From Mycoplasma mycoides subsp. capri (GTDB taxonomy: Bacteria; Bacillota_I; Bacilli_A; Mycoplasmatales; Mycoplasmataceae): 32,000 nucleotides of DNA. Where the stretch lies: assembly GCF_018389705.1 (NCBI RefSeq), contig NZ_CP065581.1:780001-812000 (forward strand), written 5' to 3'. Positions 1-12,207 of this stretch are shown in pieces (the stretch's first letter is position 1; each line of letters opens with the position of its first letter). A model generated the notes under the pieces. It saw only the letters and a program-made list of their open reading frames with translations, had not been told where the DNA came from and ran no database searches. Made by a program: the position numbers and the translations under genes.

Positions 1-236
1 ACAACTGGTTTCATACCATTCATAGCCATTCCTAAACCAACACCAGCAAACATTGCTTCACTAATAGGAGCATTAAAGCAACGATCATTTCCAAATTTTA
101 CAGCTAATCCTTGAGTAGCTCTGAAAACTCCACCTTCAGTTCCAACGTCTTCACCAAATACAATAACATTTGGGTCACGTTGTATAGCGCAATCTAAAGC
201 ATCAGTTACAGCTTTAATATTATTAATAATAGCCAT
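1..236 (-). CDS. pdhB: Pyruvate dehydrogenase E1 beta subunit, N-terminal part (gene runs off the window start)
   Basis: Minus-strand translation from ATG 236..234 gives MAIINNIKAVTDALDCAIQRDPNVIVFGEDVGTEGGVFRATQGLAVKFGNDRCFNAPISEAMFAGVGLGMAMNGMKPV, a typical E1-beta N-terminus. The ATG overlaps the pdhA stop (TAATG). Confidence 0.9.
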   Translation of the reverse strand, partial: MAIINNIKAVTDALDCAIQRDPNVIVFGEDVGTEGGVFRATQGLAVKFGNDRCFNAPISEAMFAGVGLGMAMNGMKPV

Positions 237-1348
237 TAGTGGTGTCCTCCTTCTTTAGATTCTGGGTATTTTTCAAAGAATTCTTTAGCTTCTTTGTATT
301 GTTCTTCTAAAAAGATATCCATTTTGTCGTATTGGTATTTAAAAATATCAATTAGATCATAGTTTTTGTTTTGTTCAACTCAAGCAAATTCATCAGCAAC
401 TAATTTATCGTGTTCAGCTACTAATTTTTCTTCTTGTTCATCAGATCATACTTTTTTATCAATTAGATATTGTTTTAATCTGATTAATGGATCAAATTTA
501 GACATTTCTTCAAATTCACCTTTTGGACGGTAAACATCTGGGTTATCTGAAGATGAGTGAGCACCTAATCTATATGTGTCACATTCAACTAAAACAGGTC
601 CATTTCCTTTTCTTACATATTCAACAACTTCTTTAAATACACCAATACATGCTAAATAGTCGTTTCCATCAACAATAATTGAAGGAATACCAGTAGCAAT
701 TCCTTTAACAGCGAAGTTAATTGATTTAGTTTGTTCACTTCTAGCTGTTGAAATCGCTCATTTGTTGTTTTCAATAACAAATACACATGGAACTTCATGA
801 AGTTTTGCAAAGTTCATTGCTTCATAAGTTTCACCTTCACTAGATCCACCATCTCCAGTAGTAGTTACAACAACTCCACCAGTTTTTTTGTATTTTTCAG
901 CAAAAGCAATACCTGTAGCTTGAGAATATTGTGAACCAATAACAATGTTTGGAGGTAAACAATTTACACCTTCAGGAGCTTTACCACCTGCTTCATTACC
1001 AATTCAATATAGCATAATGTTTCTGATTAATTGACCCATTGCTAATCAACCAGCATTATTTCTATATCCACTTACAAAGTGATCTGTTTTTTTGTTTAAT
1101 GCATTAATGTAAGCAACCTCACAAGCTTCTTGTCCTGTTGAAGATAAAAATGATAACAATCTTCCTTGACGTTGCATAGTGTTTTGATAAATATCTTGTC
1201 TACGAGATAAGTGCATTATTTTGTATGCTTCAAGAACTTCTTGATCAGAAATTTTTGGCATTAACTTAGGATTAATTACTTTTCCGTCTTTATCTAAAAC
1301 ACAAACTTTCTCATTTTTTAGAGGATCAAATTTTCCTAAATAAGTCAT
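236..1348 (-). CDS. pdhA: Pyruvate dehydrogenase E1 alpha subunit (370 aa)
   Basis: Track fragment 1046..1348 continues in the same frame through several TGA (Trp) codons to TAA 236..238. A TPP-binding region is present (...[40 protein letters not shown]...). An AAAGGA RBS lies upstream. Confidence 0.92.
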
Positions 1349-1390
1349 TTTGATTGTCCTTTCTATTATTTGTTTTGTTTTTTGTTTTAA

Positions 1391-2395
1391 TTAATCTTTA
1401 AATAATAAGTTGGTGATATCATCACTTGTAAAATTCTTAGCAAAAATAGCTTCTAAGTCAAATTGGTTTAAGACATTTTCTATATCTTTTTTATTAAATT
1501 TAACCCCAATTAATTTTGCTTCTAATTTTTCAGTTCCTTGAGTTCCTAAAAAATCACCATAAATTTTAATGTTAGTAATAACTCCATTATCGACATCTAA
1601 GTTTAGGGTAATAAAACCTTTAGATTCAAGGTATTGTTTTTTAACTAGAGAAAATACAGTATTTTTCCCAAATGTTCAGTCTCATTGATCAAACTTAGTT
1701 TCTTTTCTTGACTGAATGTATTGTTTTTCTTGATCAGTTAATTCAATTCATTTAATTTTCTCATTTTGTACATATGAACTAACTACATCATTAATAAAAG
1801 TATTTAAATCAATATCGATATTAATATCTTTGAAAAACTCTTTTATATTTCTAACTCTGGCAGGTTTTGATCTGATTTGTTGATGTTTTAATTTTTCAGT
1901 ATCAACAACTAAATATTTAGGCATTTTAGATAAATCAACATCAAATAGTAATGTACCATGAACTAGTGTTTTTTCATTAGTTTTTAATTGAGCATTTCCT
2001 GATACTTTATAACCATCAATTACCATATCATTACGCCCAGAAAACATTGCATGAATATTTTTTTGATTTAAATAAGTAATAATTGGTTGTAAGGCTTTTT
2101 GATAATCAACATCATCAGTTGAATTATCAACAATTAATGAATAACAAACATTACCTAAATCTTGATAAACAGTTCCCCCACCTGTATTTCTTTTAACAAT
2201 CTTAACGTTATCTTTTTGAGCAGCCTCTAAGTTAATTTCAGCAAAAGCATTTTGATTTCTTCCAACAACTATAGTATTAGCATTTTGTCAGAAAAATACA
2301 ATAGGTTCTTTAGCTTTATAATGATAAGTTAAATATTCTTCGATTGCTAAATTCATAGCAGGATCGTGATACTTAGAAATCAATAAGTTGATCAT
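1391..2395 (-). CDS. lplA: Lipoate-protein ligase A (334 aa)
   Basis: From ATG 2395: MINLLISKYHDPAMNLAIEEYLTYHYKAKEPIVFFWQNANTIVVGRNQNAFAEINLEAA... It joins track ORF 1748..2047 in frame across TGA codons and ends at TAA 1391..1393. The start is 2 nt after the nox stop, with an AAGGAAAAA RBS. Confidence 0.9.
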
Positions 2396-2397
2396 GA

Positions 2398-3762
2398 CTA
2401 TTTTTCCTTTTTAAAGTAGTTTAGTCCTAAAACTTCTAATCCTGCTAGCGAAATAAAGTTAAATGGTTTATTAAAGTGTGGTAAGAAGAAAATATCAACT
2501 AATGGTAATTCATCAATTGTTAAGTCTTTTTGAATACCTAAAGCTAGCATGTACATAACTTCTGTATGGTTCTTTTCACTAGCTACTTGAGCTCCAATAA
2601 TTTTTCTTGTCTTTTTATCTCATACAACTTTAAATAGAACTTCATTTGCTGTTGACATAAATTCAGGTCTGTCTAGATCTTTAAAGTTGATAAAGTCAAT
2701 GTCATATCCCATTCTTTTTGCAGCTTCAACACTGATTCCAACACTTGCCATGTGTAATCCAAATACTGAAATACCATTAGCTCCTGTAAATCCTGGAGAT
2801 TTTAATCCATTTCCTTTAATTACGTTAAATGCAGCAATAACTCCAGTTCTAACAGCTGTTGTTGCTAATTGGATTGGAACGTTTTTGTTCATTGCTTTGT
2901 TATAAACTTGAGCACAGTCTCCAATTGCATAAATATCTGGATTTGTAGTTTGCATAAAGTCATTTGTTACAATAGCTTTTCTGTCATCTAAATCACAAAT
3001 ACCTTCTAAAATAGCTGATTGTGGTCTTACACCTACTGAAAAGATTACATAATCAACATCAATGTTTCCTTTATCAGTTACAACTTGAGTTACTTTTCCA
3101 TTTTCACCTTTAAATTCAATAACTTTTGCACCTAAAGATAATTTAACTCCAGCTTTAGTCATTTTTTCTTGCATTAGATCAGTGAATTCTTGATCATAAT
3201 AAACTGGCATAATTCTGTTAGCAACATCAATTAAAGTAACATCTTTTCCATATTCATTAAATGCTTCAACTAATTCAACACCAATGTATCCTGCACCAAC
3301 TACAGCAATTTTTTTATAACTTTTATCTAAGTTGTGTTCTAGAATTTTTTTAGCATGGTGGTAGTTTTTACAAATTTGTACACCTTCTAAATCGATTCCT
3401 GGGATTGGTGGAATTAATGGTCAAGTTCCTGTAGCTACAATTAATTTGTCATAGTTATCTGTTTTTACTTCACCTGTTTTTAAATCTTTAACAGTAACAG
3501 TTTTTGCTTTGTCATCAACTGATAGTACTTCGTGATTCATAAACACGTTAACTCCTTCAGATCTTAAAATTTCAGGAGTTGCGTAAAATAACATATTTGG
3601 GTCTTTAACTTCACCTTTTACTCATAAAGCAATACCACATCCTAAAAATGAAATGGCATCATTTTTGTCATAAGTAGTTACTTCACAAGTAGGATCTAAT
3701 CTTTTTAAAGTTCTAACAGCTGTAGTTCCAGCATGGTTAGTACCTAGTACTATAACTTTCAT
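2398..3762 (-). CDS. nox: NADH oxidase, FAD-dependent pyridine nucleotide-disulfide oxidoreductase (454 aa)
   Basis: From ATG 3762: MKVIVLGTNHAGTTAVRTLKRLDPTCEVTTYDKNDAISFLGCGIALW..., with the redox-active SFLGCG cysteine motif. It is in frame with track ORF 2620..3210 and continues past TGA to TAG 2398..2400. Confidence 0.9.
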
Positions 3763-3822
3763 TATTAAAAGCCCTTTCTTTTAAAGTTTTTAGTCTTGGT
3801 TTTTTATCTCATTTTAAGAACT

Positions 3823-3849
3823 ATTCAATACAAAATAGTCTATTGAATA
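3823..3849. promoter_or_regulatory. Inverted repeat TATTCAATA-N9-TATTGAATA in the nox upstream region (candidate operator)
   Basis: Two perfect 9-nt arms (3823..3831 and 3841..3849) lie 60-90 nt upstream of the nox ATG on the minus strand. No binding protein can be assigned from sequence. Confidence 0.25.
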
Positions 3850-4411
3850 TTCTAATCTTATTTTAACTTATATAAAGTAAAATAATACACATAGCAAAAA
3901 ATATTACTACATAAAATGTTTATTTTCTATATAAAAGTAATAAAAATTTCAAACTAGTAAATTTCTAATATATTAAAATATATCCAACTAATATATTAAA
4001 CCACTAAAAACAGAAATTTAAACCAAAAACCTACTTATTTAGGCTAAAATATACAAGTTTTTTTATGTTTTTATACTAATTTTTTAACTAATTTCTAAAT
4101 TTTTAACTCTAATAAACTTGTTAAATATGATATCTAATTTAATTCTAATTTTAAGTTTTTTATGATTATTATTATAAGAATGTTTTTTATTTTATAGTTA
4201 TAAAAATTACTTAGATTTATAAAAACTTAACAGGTGTTTTTAACAAAAAAATAAGTTAAAAAAATAGATTGATAATAATATAAATTTAAACAAATTTTTT
4301 TAGAGTTATTTTATAAGTTTTAATAATTTATTTAACATACATTTGTTCTAGTTTTTTAAGAGTTTTTAAATACAATTACAGATTTGTTTTTAATTTAACT
4401 AATATTTATTA

Positions 4412-4448
4412 CAAATAAAAAAAACTTGCAAAACTATTTGCAAGTTTT
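4412..4448 (-). terminator. Intrinsic terminator downstream of thrS
   Basis: A 12-bp perfect stem (aaaacttgcaaa / tttgcaagtttt, 4421..4432 and 4437..4448) with a 4-nt loop. On the minus strand it is followed by a U-run (plus-strand A-run 4414..4424). It lies 13 nt after the thrS stop. Confidence 0.75.
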
Positions 4449-4460
4449 ACTATTATTTAT

Positions 4461-6380
4461 CTATTTTTTATCATTAATTTGTTGTTTTAACATATCAATA
4501 AATTCTTGAATTGGTACAGTAATTTGAGCATCACTTCCATATTGTCTATAAGTAATAGTGTTATTTTCAACTTCTTTATTACCTAAAACTAGTTGGTATG
4601 GAACTTTTTTAGTTTGGGCATCTCTTATTTTATAACTTAATCTTTCATCTCTTAAATCAATATGTGATCTAATAAATTCTTTTTTTAGTTTTTGATGAAC
4701 TAAATTAGCATATTCTAAATTAGATTCACTAATTGGAATAATTTCAATTTGTTTTGGAGCTAATCATAAAGGTAAAACACCTTTAGTTTGTTCTAATAAA
4801 GTTGCTATAAATCTTTCATAAGTTCCAATTAATCCACGATGAATCATAATTGGACGAACTAATTTTTGATCTTTATCAATATAAGTTAAATCAAATTTAT
4901 TTGGCATTAAAAAGTCAAGTTGAATAGTTGAAACTGTAATTTCATGATTTTGAGCTGTTTTTATTTGAATATCTAATTTAGGACCATAAAAAGCAGCATC
5001 TCCAATACGTTTTTCATATTTTAAACCTAAATCAATTAATACTTTTTCTAAACTAGATTCGGCTTTATCTCACATTAAATCATCTTTATAAAATTTAACT
5101 TTATCATTTGGGTCTCTTAAACTTAAACTTAAATAATCAATTTGAATATTAAATGTTTTTAAAACTTCACTAATTAATTTATAAGTTGATCTAAACTCAT
5201 CTTCAATTTGATCACTTCTTACAAAAATATGTGAATCAGTTAGTTTCATTCCTCTAACTCTTTCTAATCCAGTTAATGAACCACTTGATTCAAATCTATG
5301 TTGAATAGCATGCTCACAAATTCTTAAAGGTAAATCACGATAACTTCTTTGTTCTTGTTTATAAACTGCAATGTGATGCGGACAATTCATAGGTCTTAAA
5401 ATAAATTGTTCATCACTACCTTTTCCACCATTAAAAGGTTGAAACATATCTTCACCATAATGATCTCAATGACCACTAGTTTTATATAGTTCAACAGTTC
5501 CAATTGGTGGAGTTTCTACTGGAATATAATCATATTCTCATTCTTTTTGTCTTAAATATTTTTCAATTTCATTTTTAACAATAAACCCATTTGGTAATCA
5601 TAAAGGTAATCCTGCTCCAACAAGTTGATCAAACCCAAAAATATTTAATGTTTTATTAATTAAACGATGATCTCTACTTCTTCTATCTTCTAAAATAGCT
5701 TTTTTATTTTTTAATTCACTACTTGAAGTTGCACATAGTCCGTGAACCCTTTGTAACATAATGTTATTTTTGTCATTTAATCAATAAGATCCAGTTAATT
5801 GTTCAATATCAATAATTTTAATAAAGTTAGAATTTAAAATTAAAGCTTTATCTATAACCATATAAAAATCATTAATACTATAAACTTTTACATAATTATA
5901 TTTTTCATACATTTGTTTTGCTAAATATTTTTGATAATCATTATTTAAAATTTCTAATGCTTTGTTTAAATCATAAATATCTGATTTAATTTCTAAATTA
6001 GAAGTTAATAACTGATTAATATTAGTTTGAATATTTTTTAAATCGTCTAAAACTAATCTAGGTTCAGTATTAAATGTTGTTGAAAATTCCATTTCATCAG
6101 CATTATAAAAATTTTCTGCTTGACTAATTGGTTTTAAGTTATTAATTGCATAACTTGTAATAAAAGCTGCAGTTAAATTTAACATTAAATCATATTCTTT
6201 ACTTTTATTTGTAATTAATTCTAAGTCACAATCATTTTTAATTAAATAATTAATATCAAATAATTGATCATTAATTTTAGCTCCAATTACATTTTTTAAA
6301 CCTATTTCTGAACTAATATCTTTAACTGAAATTTCTTGATTATATTCTTTAATTGAACCATCTAATAATTTAATTTTCAT
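4461..6380 (-). CDS. thrS: Threonyl-tRNA synthetase (639 aa)
   Basis: Track ORFs 5781..6380 (TGS-like N-terminus MKIKLLDGSIKEY...) and 5070..5447 (class II core ...RPMNCPHHIAVYK...) are in one frame. Hand translation of the gaps shows only TGA interruptions. The gene ends ...LKQQINDKK-TAG at 4461..4463. Confidence 0.95.
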
Positions 6381-6391
6381 ATATCTCCTTA

Positions 6392-6595
6392 TAAAAAAAT
6401 CGCTCCCTAATTTAGGAGCGATTTAACGCGGTACCATCCTAATTATGTAAAATATTTTACTTTACACATCTTAATTTTACTTATCGCGTAATTACGTAAT
6501 ACTTTTAATATGGTAGTAATTTTAGCTATCCAAATTAACTTTCACCAACCGTTAACTCTCTGTACTGTCTTTACTAAAATCGTGTCCATAGTATT
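6392..6595 (-). promoter_or_regulatory. T-box riboswitch leader (threonine specifier) controlling thrS
   Basis: The minus strand shows an AG-bay CAGAGAGTT (plus 6554..6562) and a distal-loop-like TGGTGAAAG. Adjacent Thr codons ACT ACC sit in the specifier region (plus ggtagt 6512..6517). The conserved T-box sequence GGATGGTACCGCG (plus 6427..6439) is present. A terminator hairpin AAATCGCTCC...GGAGCGATTT (6398..6424) plus a T-run lies just before the thrS RBS GGAG. Confidence 0.8.
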
Positions 6596-6646
6596 AATTA
6601 AATATTAAATTTATAAATTTATTTTATAGAATATTTTTTAGTTTTT

Positions 6647-8083
6647 TTAAATAACTTCTATTTCTTTTATAGCTGTACTTCTTACAACTAAAACTTTTTC
6701 ACCAAGTTTTGCTCCTCAAGATTTAGCAATTTCTGATAATTTTTCAACATTATTATCTAAATTATCTAAAGTATCAACTTTATTCATAAAAATTGAATAT
6801 CACACACCAAATGAAGTTCATAATTTCTTATCTGGACTAACTCCTAAAATTGTTACATTTGGTCTAAATTTAGAAATGGTTTTTAATAATTCACCTGTTT
6901 TTGATAAAACAATAGCATATTTATATTCACCATCTTTTGTTTTTGTAGCTAGTAGATCTGCAATTTCGGCTCTAGGTCCTGATGTTGAGTTTCTTGCATT
7001 ATCTAATTGTACTTGATAGTAAATCTTGTTGTAGAATTCAACTTCTGCTCTTTTATTAATTGTTGACATTGTATGAACTGTTAAGAATGGATAATCTCCA
7101 GCAGCTGATTCACCAGATAACATTGTAGCATCAGCACCAAGTTCAGTTGCAAAATAAACATCAGTTACTTCAGCTCTAGTTGGTGATGGATTTTCTGTCA
7201 TTGTTTCTAGCATTTGAGTAGCAACAATTACAATTTTTCCTTTTTCTCTACATTTTCTGATGATAATTTTTTCTCAATAAGGTACATCATAATATGGAAT
7301 TTCTAATCCTAAATCACCACGTGCAATCATAATTCCATCAGATTCTTCAATAATTTCATCAATATTATCTAATCCAACTTGTGATTCTATTTTTGAAATA
7401 ATTTGAATATGATTTGCGTTAGCTTTATTTAAAATTTCTTTAATTTGTCTTACATTTTCAGCTGTATTTACAAATGATGCAGCTATATAATCAACACCTT
7501 GTTCACATCCAAATAAAATATCTTTTTCATCTTTTTCAGATAAGAATGGTAATGAAAAATCAATTCCAGGTAAGTTAACGCGCTTATTAGTTTTTACAAT
7601 GTGATGATTAAATGCAGTTGCTTTAATGATTTGAGGTTCAACTGAATCAACTGTTAATTCTAATTTACCATCATCAATTAAAATCATATCTCCAGGTTTT
7701 AAATCAACTGACATATCATAAGCAACAGTCATTTCACCTTGAACACATTCTTTATTTAAATAAGAATAAGTATCAGTATAAATAGTAATTGATTGACCTT
7801 TTACTATTTCTTGTTTATTATCTTTAAATTTTCCTAATCTAATTTCAGGACCTTTAGTATCTAATATTATTGAAATTGGCTTATTTAAAGCTTTAGAGAT
7901 TTTTTTAGCAGCTTTAATTCTATAACCATGTTCTTCATAACTACCATGTGAAAAATTTAAACGAATAGTTGTCATTCCATTGTTAAATAATTCTTTAATA
8001 GCTTCTGCAGAGTGAGTTGAAGGACCAATTGTTGTAATTACTTTGGTTCGTTTCATTCTCTTTTGTAATGTTTCTTTAGTCAT
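6647..8083 (-). CDS. pyk: Pyruvate kinase (478 aa)
   Basis: Track ORFs 7274..8083 and 6818..7213 are in the same frame and are joined by TGA codons. The C-terminal tail reads through two more TGA codons to TAA 6647..6649. Confidence 0.95.
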
Positions 8084-8153
8084 TATATCTCCTTACGTAC
8101 TACTCATTTTAATTATATTTTATTAATTAATTTCAATATATTATTATTAGATG

Positions 8154-9134
8154 TTATTTACTAAAATATCCATTAATTTCTCTTAAATAATTAATAAAAG
8201 GTTTTTTATCTTCTTTTTTCATATTTAAAGTTGAATCAATATCTCTTGCAACTAGTTTATTATTTTCTAATCCTATAAATAGTCCACCTTTACCTTCAGC
8301 TAGTTTTTCAACAGCAAACATACCAGCTGTAAAAGCAATATATCTATCCATAGCAGTTGGTCTACCACCACGTTGAATATGTCCTAAAACAGTTGCTTTA
8401 GTTTCATAACCACTAATTTTTTGAATTTTTTCAGCAATTTCTTCAGCAGAAATTCCATATGATTTTTCTGAAACTAAAATAATTAAACTTTTTTTACCTA
8501 ATAATCTAAATTGTTTTGCTTTTTGACCCATTTGCTCAATTGTTAATAGATCTTCAGCTGGAGAAAAAATTTCAGCTCCTGTAGCAACTGCTGTATAAGT
8601 TACTAAATCACCACAACCATTTCCCATAATTTCAACAACATCAGCTCTATTATGTGATTGCATTGTATCTCTAATTCTATCAACTGCTTCAACAATTGTA
8701 TTTAGTGCAGTATGAAAACCAATAGTATAATCAGTTGAAGAAATATCATTATCAATAGTTCCAGGTAACCCAACACAATTAATACCCATTTCAGTTAATT
8801 TTTGAGCACCCATATAACTACCATCTCCACCAATTACAACTAAAGCTTCAATTCCAGCTTTTTTTAAATTAGCAACAGCTTTTTGTCTTACTTCTAATTC
8901 TTTAAACTCTGGTAGTCTTGCTGAACCTAAATAAGTTCCACCTCTAGAAAGAATATCTAAAGTTTTTTCAACATTTAATTTTTCAAATCAACCATTTACT
9001 AACCCTTTATATCCATCATTAATCCCATATACTTCAATTCCTTTTGAAGCTGCTGTTTTTACAACTCCAGCAATGGCGTTATTCATTCCAGGAGCATCCC
9101 CTCCAGAAGTCAAAATTCCAATTTTTTTTATCAT
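8154..9134 (-). CDS. pfkA: ATP-dependent 6-phosphofructokinase (326 aa)
   Basis: From ATG 9134: [37 protein letters not shown]... It is in frame with track ORF 8154..8813 (GLPGTIDND motif). An AAGAGG RBS is present. Confidence 0.95.
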
Positions 9135-9469
9135 TAAATATAAACCTCTTTCTAAAAAAACACATTAACATAAATTTAATTATATAACAAAAAAGTATAC
9201 CTCTAATTGTAAAGGTATACTTTGAACCTATTTTACAGATTGCCATTGATCATTTTCGAATAAGTTAAAATAAACAAGTAATTTAGACTAATAAAAATAT
9301 AAAATATTAGTATAGAAGAAAGGAGAAAACTAAATAACTGTTCAAATTTTATACTTACTTAGAAAAGCAAAATGACTTACTTTTTTTATAGACTTAAATA
9401 ATAGTAAACAAATATAATTTTTTTTCAAGTAATTCTTATAAAATTTTGAATTTTTTAAAAAAGAATATT

Positions 9470-10633
9470 ATGAAGCAAACAAAAGTTGATATTTGTATCA
9501 TCGGTGGTGGAATTATTGGTGCTTCTGTTGCTAGAGAACTAGCTAAATTTGATAAAAAAATTGTAGTTTTAGAAGCAAACCCAAGACTCGCATTAGAAAC
9601 AAGTAGTCATAACTCAGGATTAGTTCATGGTGGATTTGATCCAAGACCTGAAACTTTAAATGCAAAATTAAATGTTTTAGGTAAAAAACGTTATGAAGAC
9701 TGAATCAAAGAAATGGATTTTCCATATCTAAGAATTGATTCAACTATAGTAGCATTTAATGATGAAGAAATGAAACATGTTCACATGCTATATGATAGAG
9801 GCTTAATTAATGGATTAGATCCAAAAGAAATGGAAATCATTGATGCAAAAGAACTTCAAAAGCGTGAACCAAATATTAGTAAACAAGCAGTTGGAGCTTT
9901 AGTATGTAATTCTTCAATAGCTATTGATCCAGTTGTACTAACTACAACACTTATGAGAAATGCTATTAAAAATGGTGTTGAACTAAAAGTTAACTCAAAA
10001 GTAGTAGATATTAAAAAAGTTGATAATATTTTTGAAATTAAGACTGCAAAAGATGAAATCATTCAAGCTGAAGTTATAGTTAATGTAGCTGGTCATTATG
10101 CAGATATTATAGCTAATATGGCTGGATATGGTGATTTTAAATTAACTACAAGAAGAGGAGAATATCGTATTTTAGATAAATCTGAAGCAGGAATTGTAAA
10201 TTCTGTAGTATTTATGGTACCAACCATTCACGGAAAAGGAGTTATTGTTGCTCCAATGCTAGATGGAAGAGTGATGGTAGGACCAACTGCTTTAGATGGA
10301 GTACCAAAAGAAGAAACTTTATTAGTAACTCAACAACAATACGATAACATTGGAAAAATTGGTAAACATTTAATTCCAAATATTAATATGGATAAAACTT
10401 GTACAGTTTATGCTGGTTCAAGACCTATTGATGTTGAAACTAATGACTTTGTAATTAGACCAGCAAAAGCTGATAAGAAATTTATTAATGTTGCTGGAAT
10501 GAAATCACCAGCTATTGCATCAGCTCCAGCTATTGCAGATATGGTTTGTGATTTAGTAAAAAATGCATTTGATAAATTAGATAAAAAGGCTAATTGACAA
10601 CCAAAAGAAGAAGCTATTCTTCCATGAAAATAG
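9470..10633 (+). CDS. glpO: Glycerol-3-phosphate oxidase, FAD-dependent (387 aa)
   Basis: From ATG 9470: [27 protein letters not shown]... (GxGxxG FAD fold). Track ORFs 9446..9703 and 9713..10597 are one frame joined by TGA. The gene reads on ...[16 protein letters not shown] to TAG 10631..10633. Its position upstream of glpK-glpF matches the mycoides-cluster glpO arrangement. Confidence 0.88.
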
Positions 10634-10649
10634 TATAAGGAGAATAACT

Positions 10650-12167
10650 ATGACAGATAATAAAAAATACATCTTAACACTAGATGAAGGAACAACAAGT
10701 GCAAGAGCTTTAATTACTGATAAACAAGGTAATATTATTGCTGTTGAACAATCAGAATTTACTCAATACTTCCCAAAAGAAGGATGAGTAGAACATGATG
10801 CTATTGAAATTTGAAACACTCAACGTTCTGCATTAGTACAAGTTTTAAATAAATCTGGAATTGACCCAAGTCAAATTGAAGCAATTGGAATTACTAATCA
10901 ACGTGAAACTGCTGTTATTTGAAATAAAGAAACTGGATTACCAATTTATAATGCTATAGTTTGACAAGACCAAAGAACAGCAGATTATTGTCAAACATTT
11001 GATAAAGATACTTTAGAAATGGTTAAAGAAAGATCTGGATTAATTATTAATCCTTACTTTTCAGGAACTAAAGTAAAATGAATTTTAGATAATGTTCCAA
11101 ATGCTAGACAACTAGCAAAAGATGGAAAACTAATGTTTGGAACAATCAACACATGATTAATTTATCGTTTAACAGGTGGAGAAGTATTTGTAACAGATCA
11201 TACTAATGCACAAAGAACTTTACTATACAATATTCACACAAATGACTGAGATGATGAATTATTAAAATTATTTGATATTCCAAGAAACATCCTTCCTGAA
11301 ATTAAATCATGTAGTGAAGTTTATGGTTACACATTTAAAGGACTATTTTCTAAAGGAAATGAACAAAGAATTAAAATTGCATCATCAATTGGTGATCAAC
11401 AAAGTGCTTTATTTGGGCAATTATGTTTAGAAAAAGGTCAAGTAAAAGTAACTTATGGAACTGGATGCTTTATTTTAACAAATACTGGTGAAGAAATTGT
11501 TAAATCAAATCATGGTTTATTAACAACAGTTGCTTATTCATTTAAAGATAAAGTATATTATGCTTTAGAAGGTTCAGTAATGATTGCTGGGGCTGCTGTT
11601 CAATGATTAAGAGATAATCTAAGAATTGTTTATAATGCTATTGAAACAGAATGATATGCTGGTCAAGTTAAAGATGATAGAAGAGTTTATGTTGTTCCAT
11701 CATTTACTGGTTTAGGTTCTCCTTATTGAGATTCATTCTCACGTGGTGCTATTTTTGGACTAGATCGTGGAACTAGACGTGAACATATTGTTAGAGCAAC
11801 TCTAGAAGCTATTGCATATCAAGCAAATGATGTTGTTGATGCAATGGGAAAAGATATGAAAAAACCAATTGAAATTTTTAAAGTAGATGGTGGAGCTGCA
11901 AATAACAAATTCTTAATGCAATTCCAATCAAATATTTCTCAATCTAAAGTTATAAAACCAACAAACGTAGAAACTACTGCTATGGGAGCTGCATTTATGG
12001 CTGGATTAGCTGTTGGATATTGAGAAAATGTTGAAGAATTGAAAAAAACTTATAAAGTTCACTTTGAATTAACACCAGAACTAAGTAAACCAGAAGTTGA
12101 TAAATTAATTAAAGGTTGAAAAGTAGCTGTTCAAAGAACATTTAAATGAGTAGAAGAAATTGAATAA
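10650..12167 (+). CDS. glpK: Glycerol kinase (505 aa)
   Basis: TAAGGAG RBS, then ATG 10650: [60 protein letters not shown]... The whole gene was hand translated and contains many TGA (Trp) codons but no TAA or TAG until 12165..12167. This is why the track shows no ORF here. Confidence 0.95.
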
Positions 12168-12207
12168 TTTATATTTTTAAAAAATTAAATAATAATGAAA
12201 GGATAAC

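Noticed and set aside
3763-4460. The long nox-thrS spacer might be a decayed protein gene or a structured ncRNA (RNase P, tmRNA, 6S and similar).
   Set aside because: No frame stays open for more than about 16 codons on either strand, and there is no GC-rich helical segment or conserved ncRNA motif I can recognise. It is kept only as an unexplained spacer in the findings.
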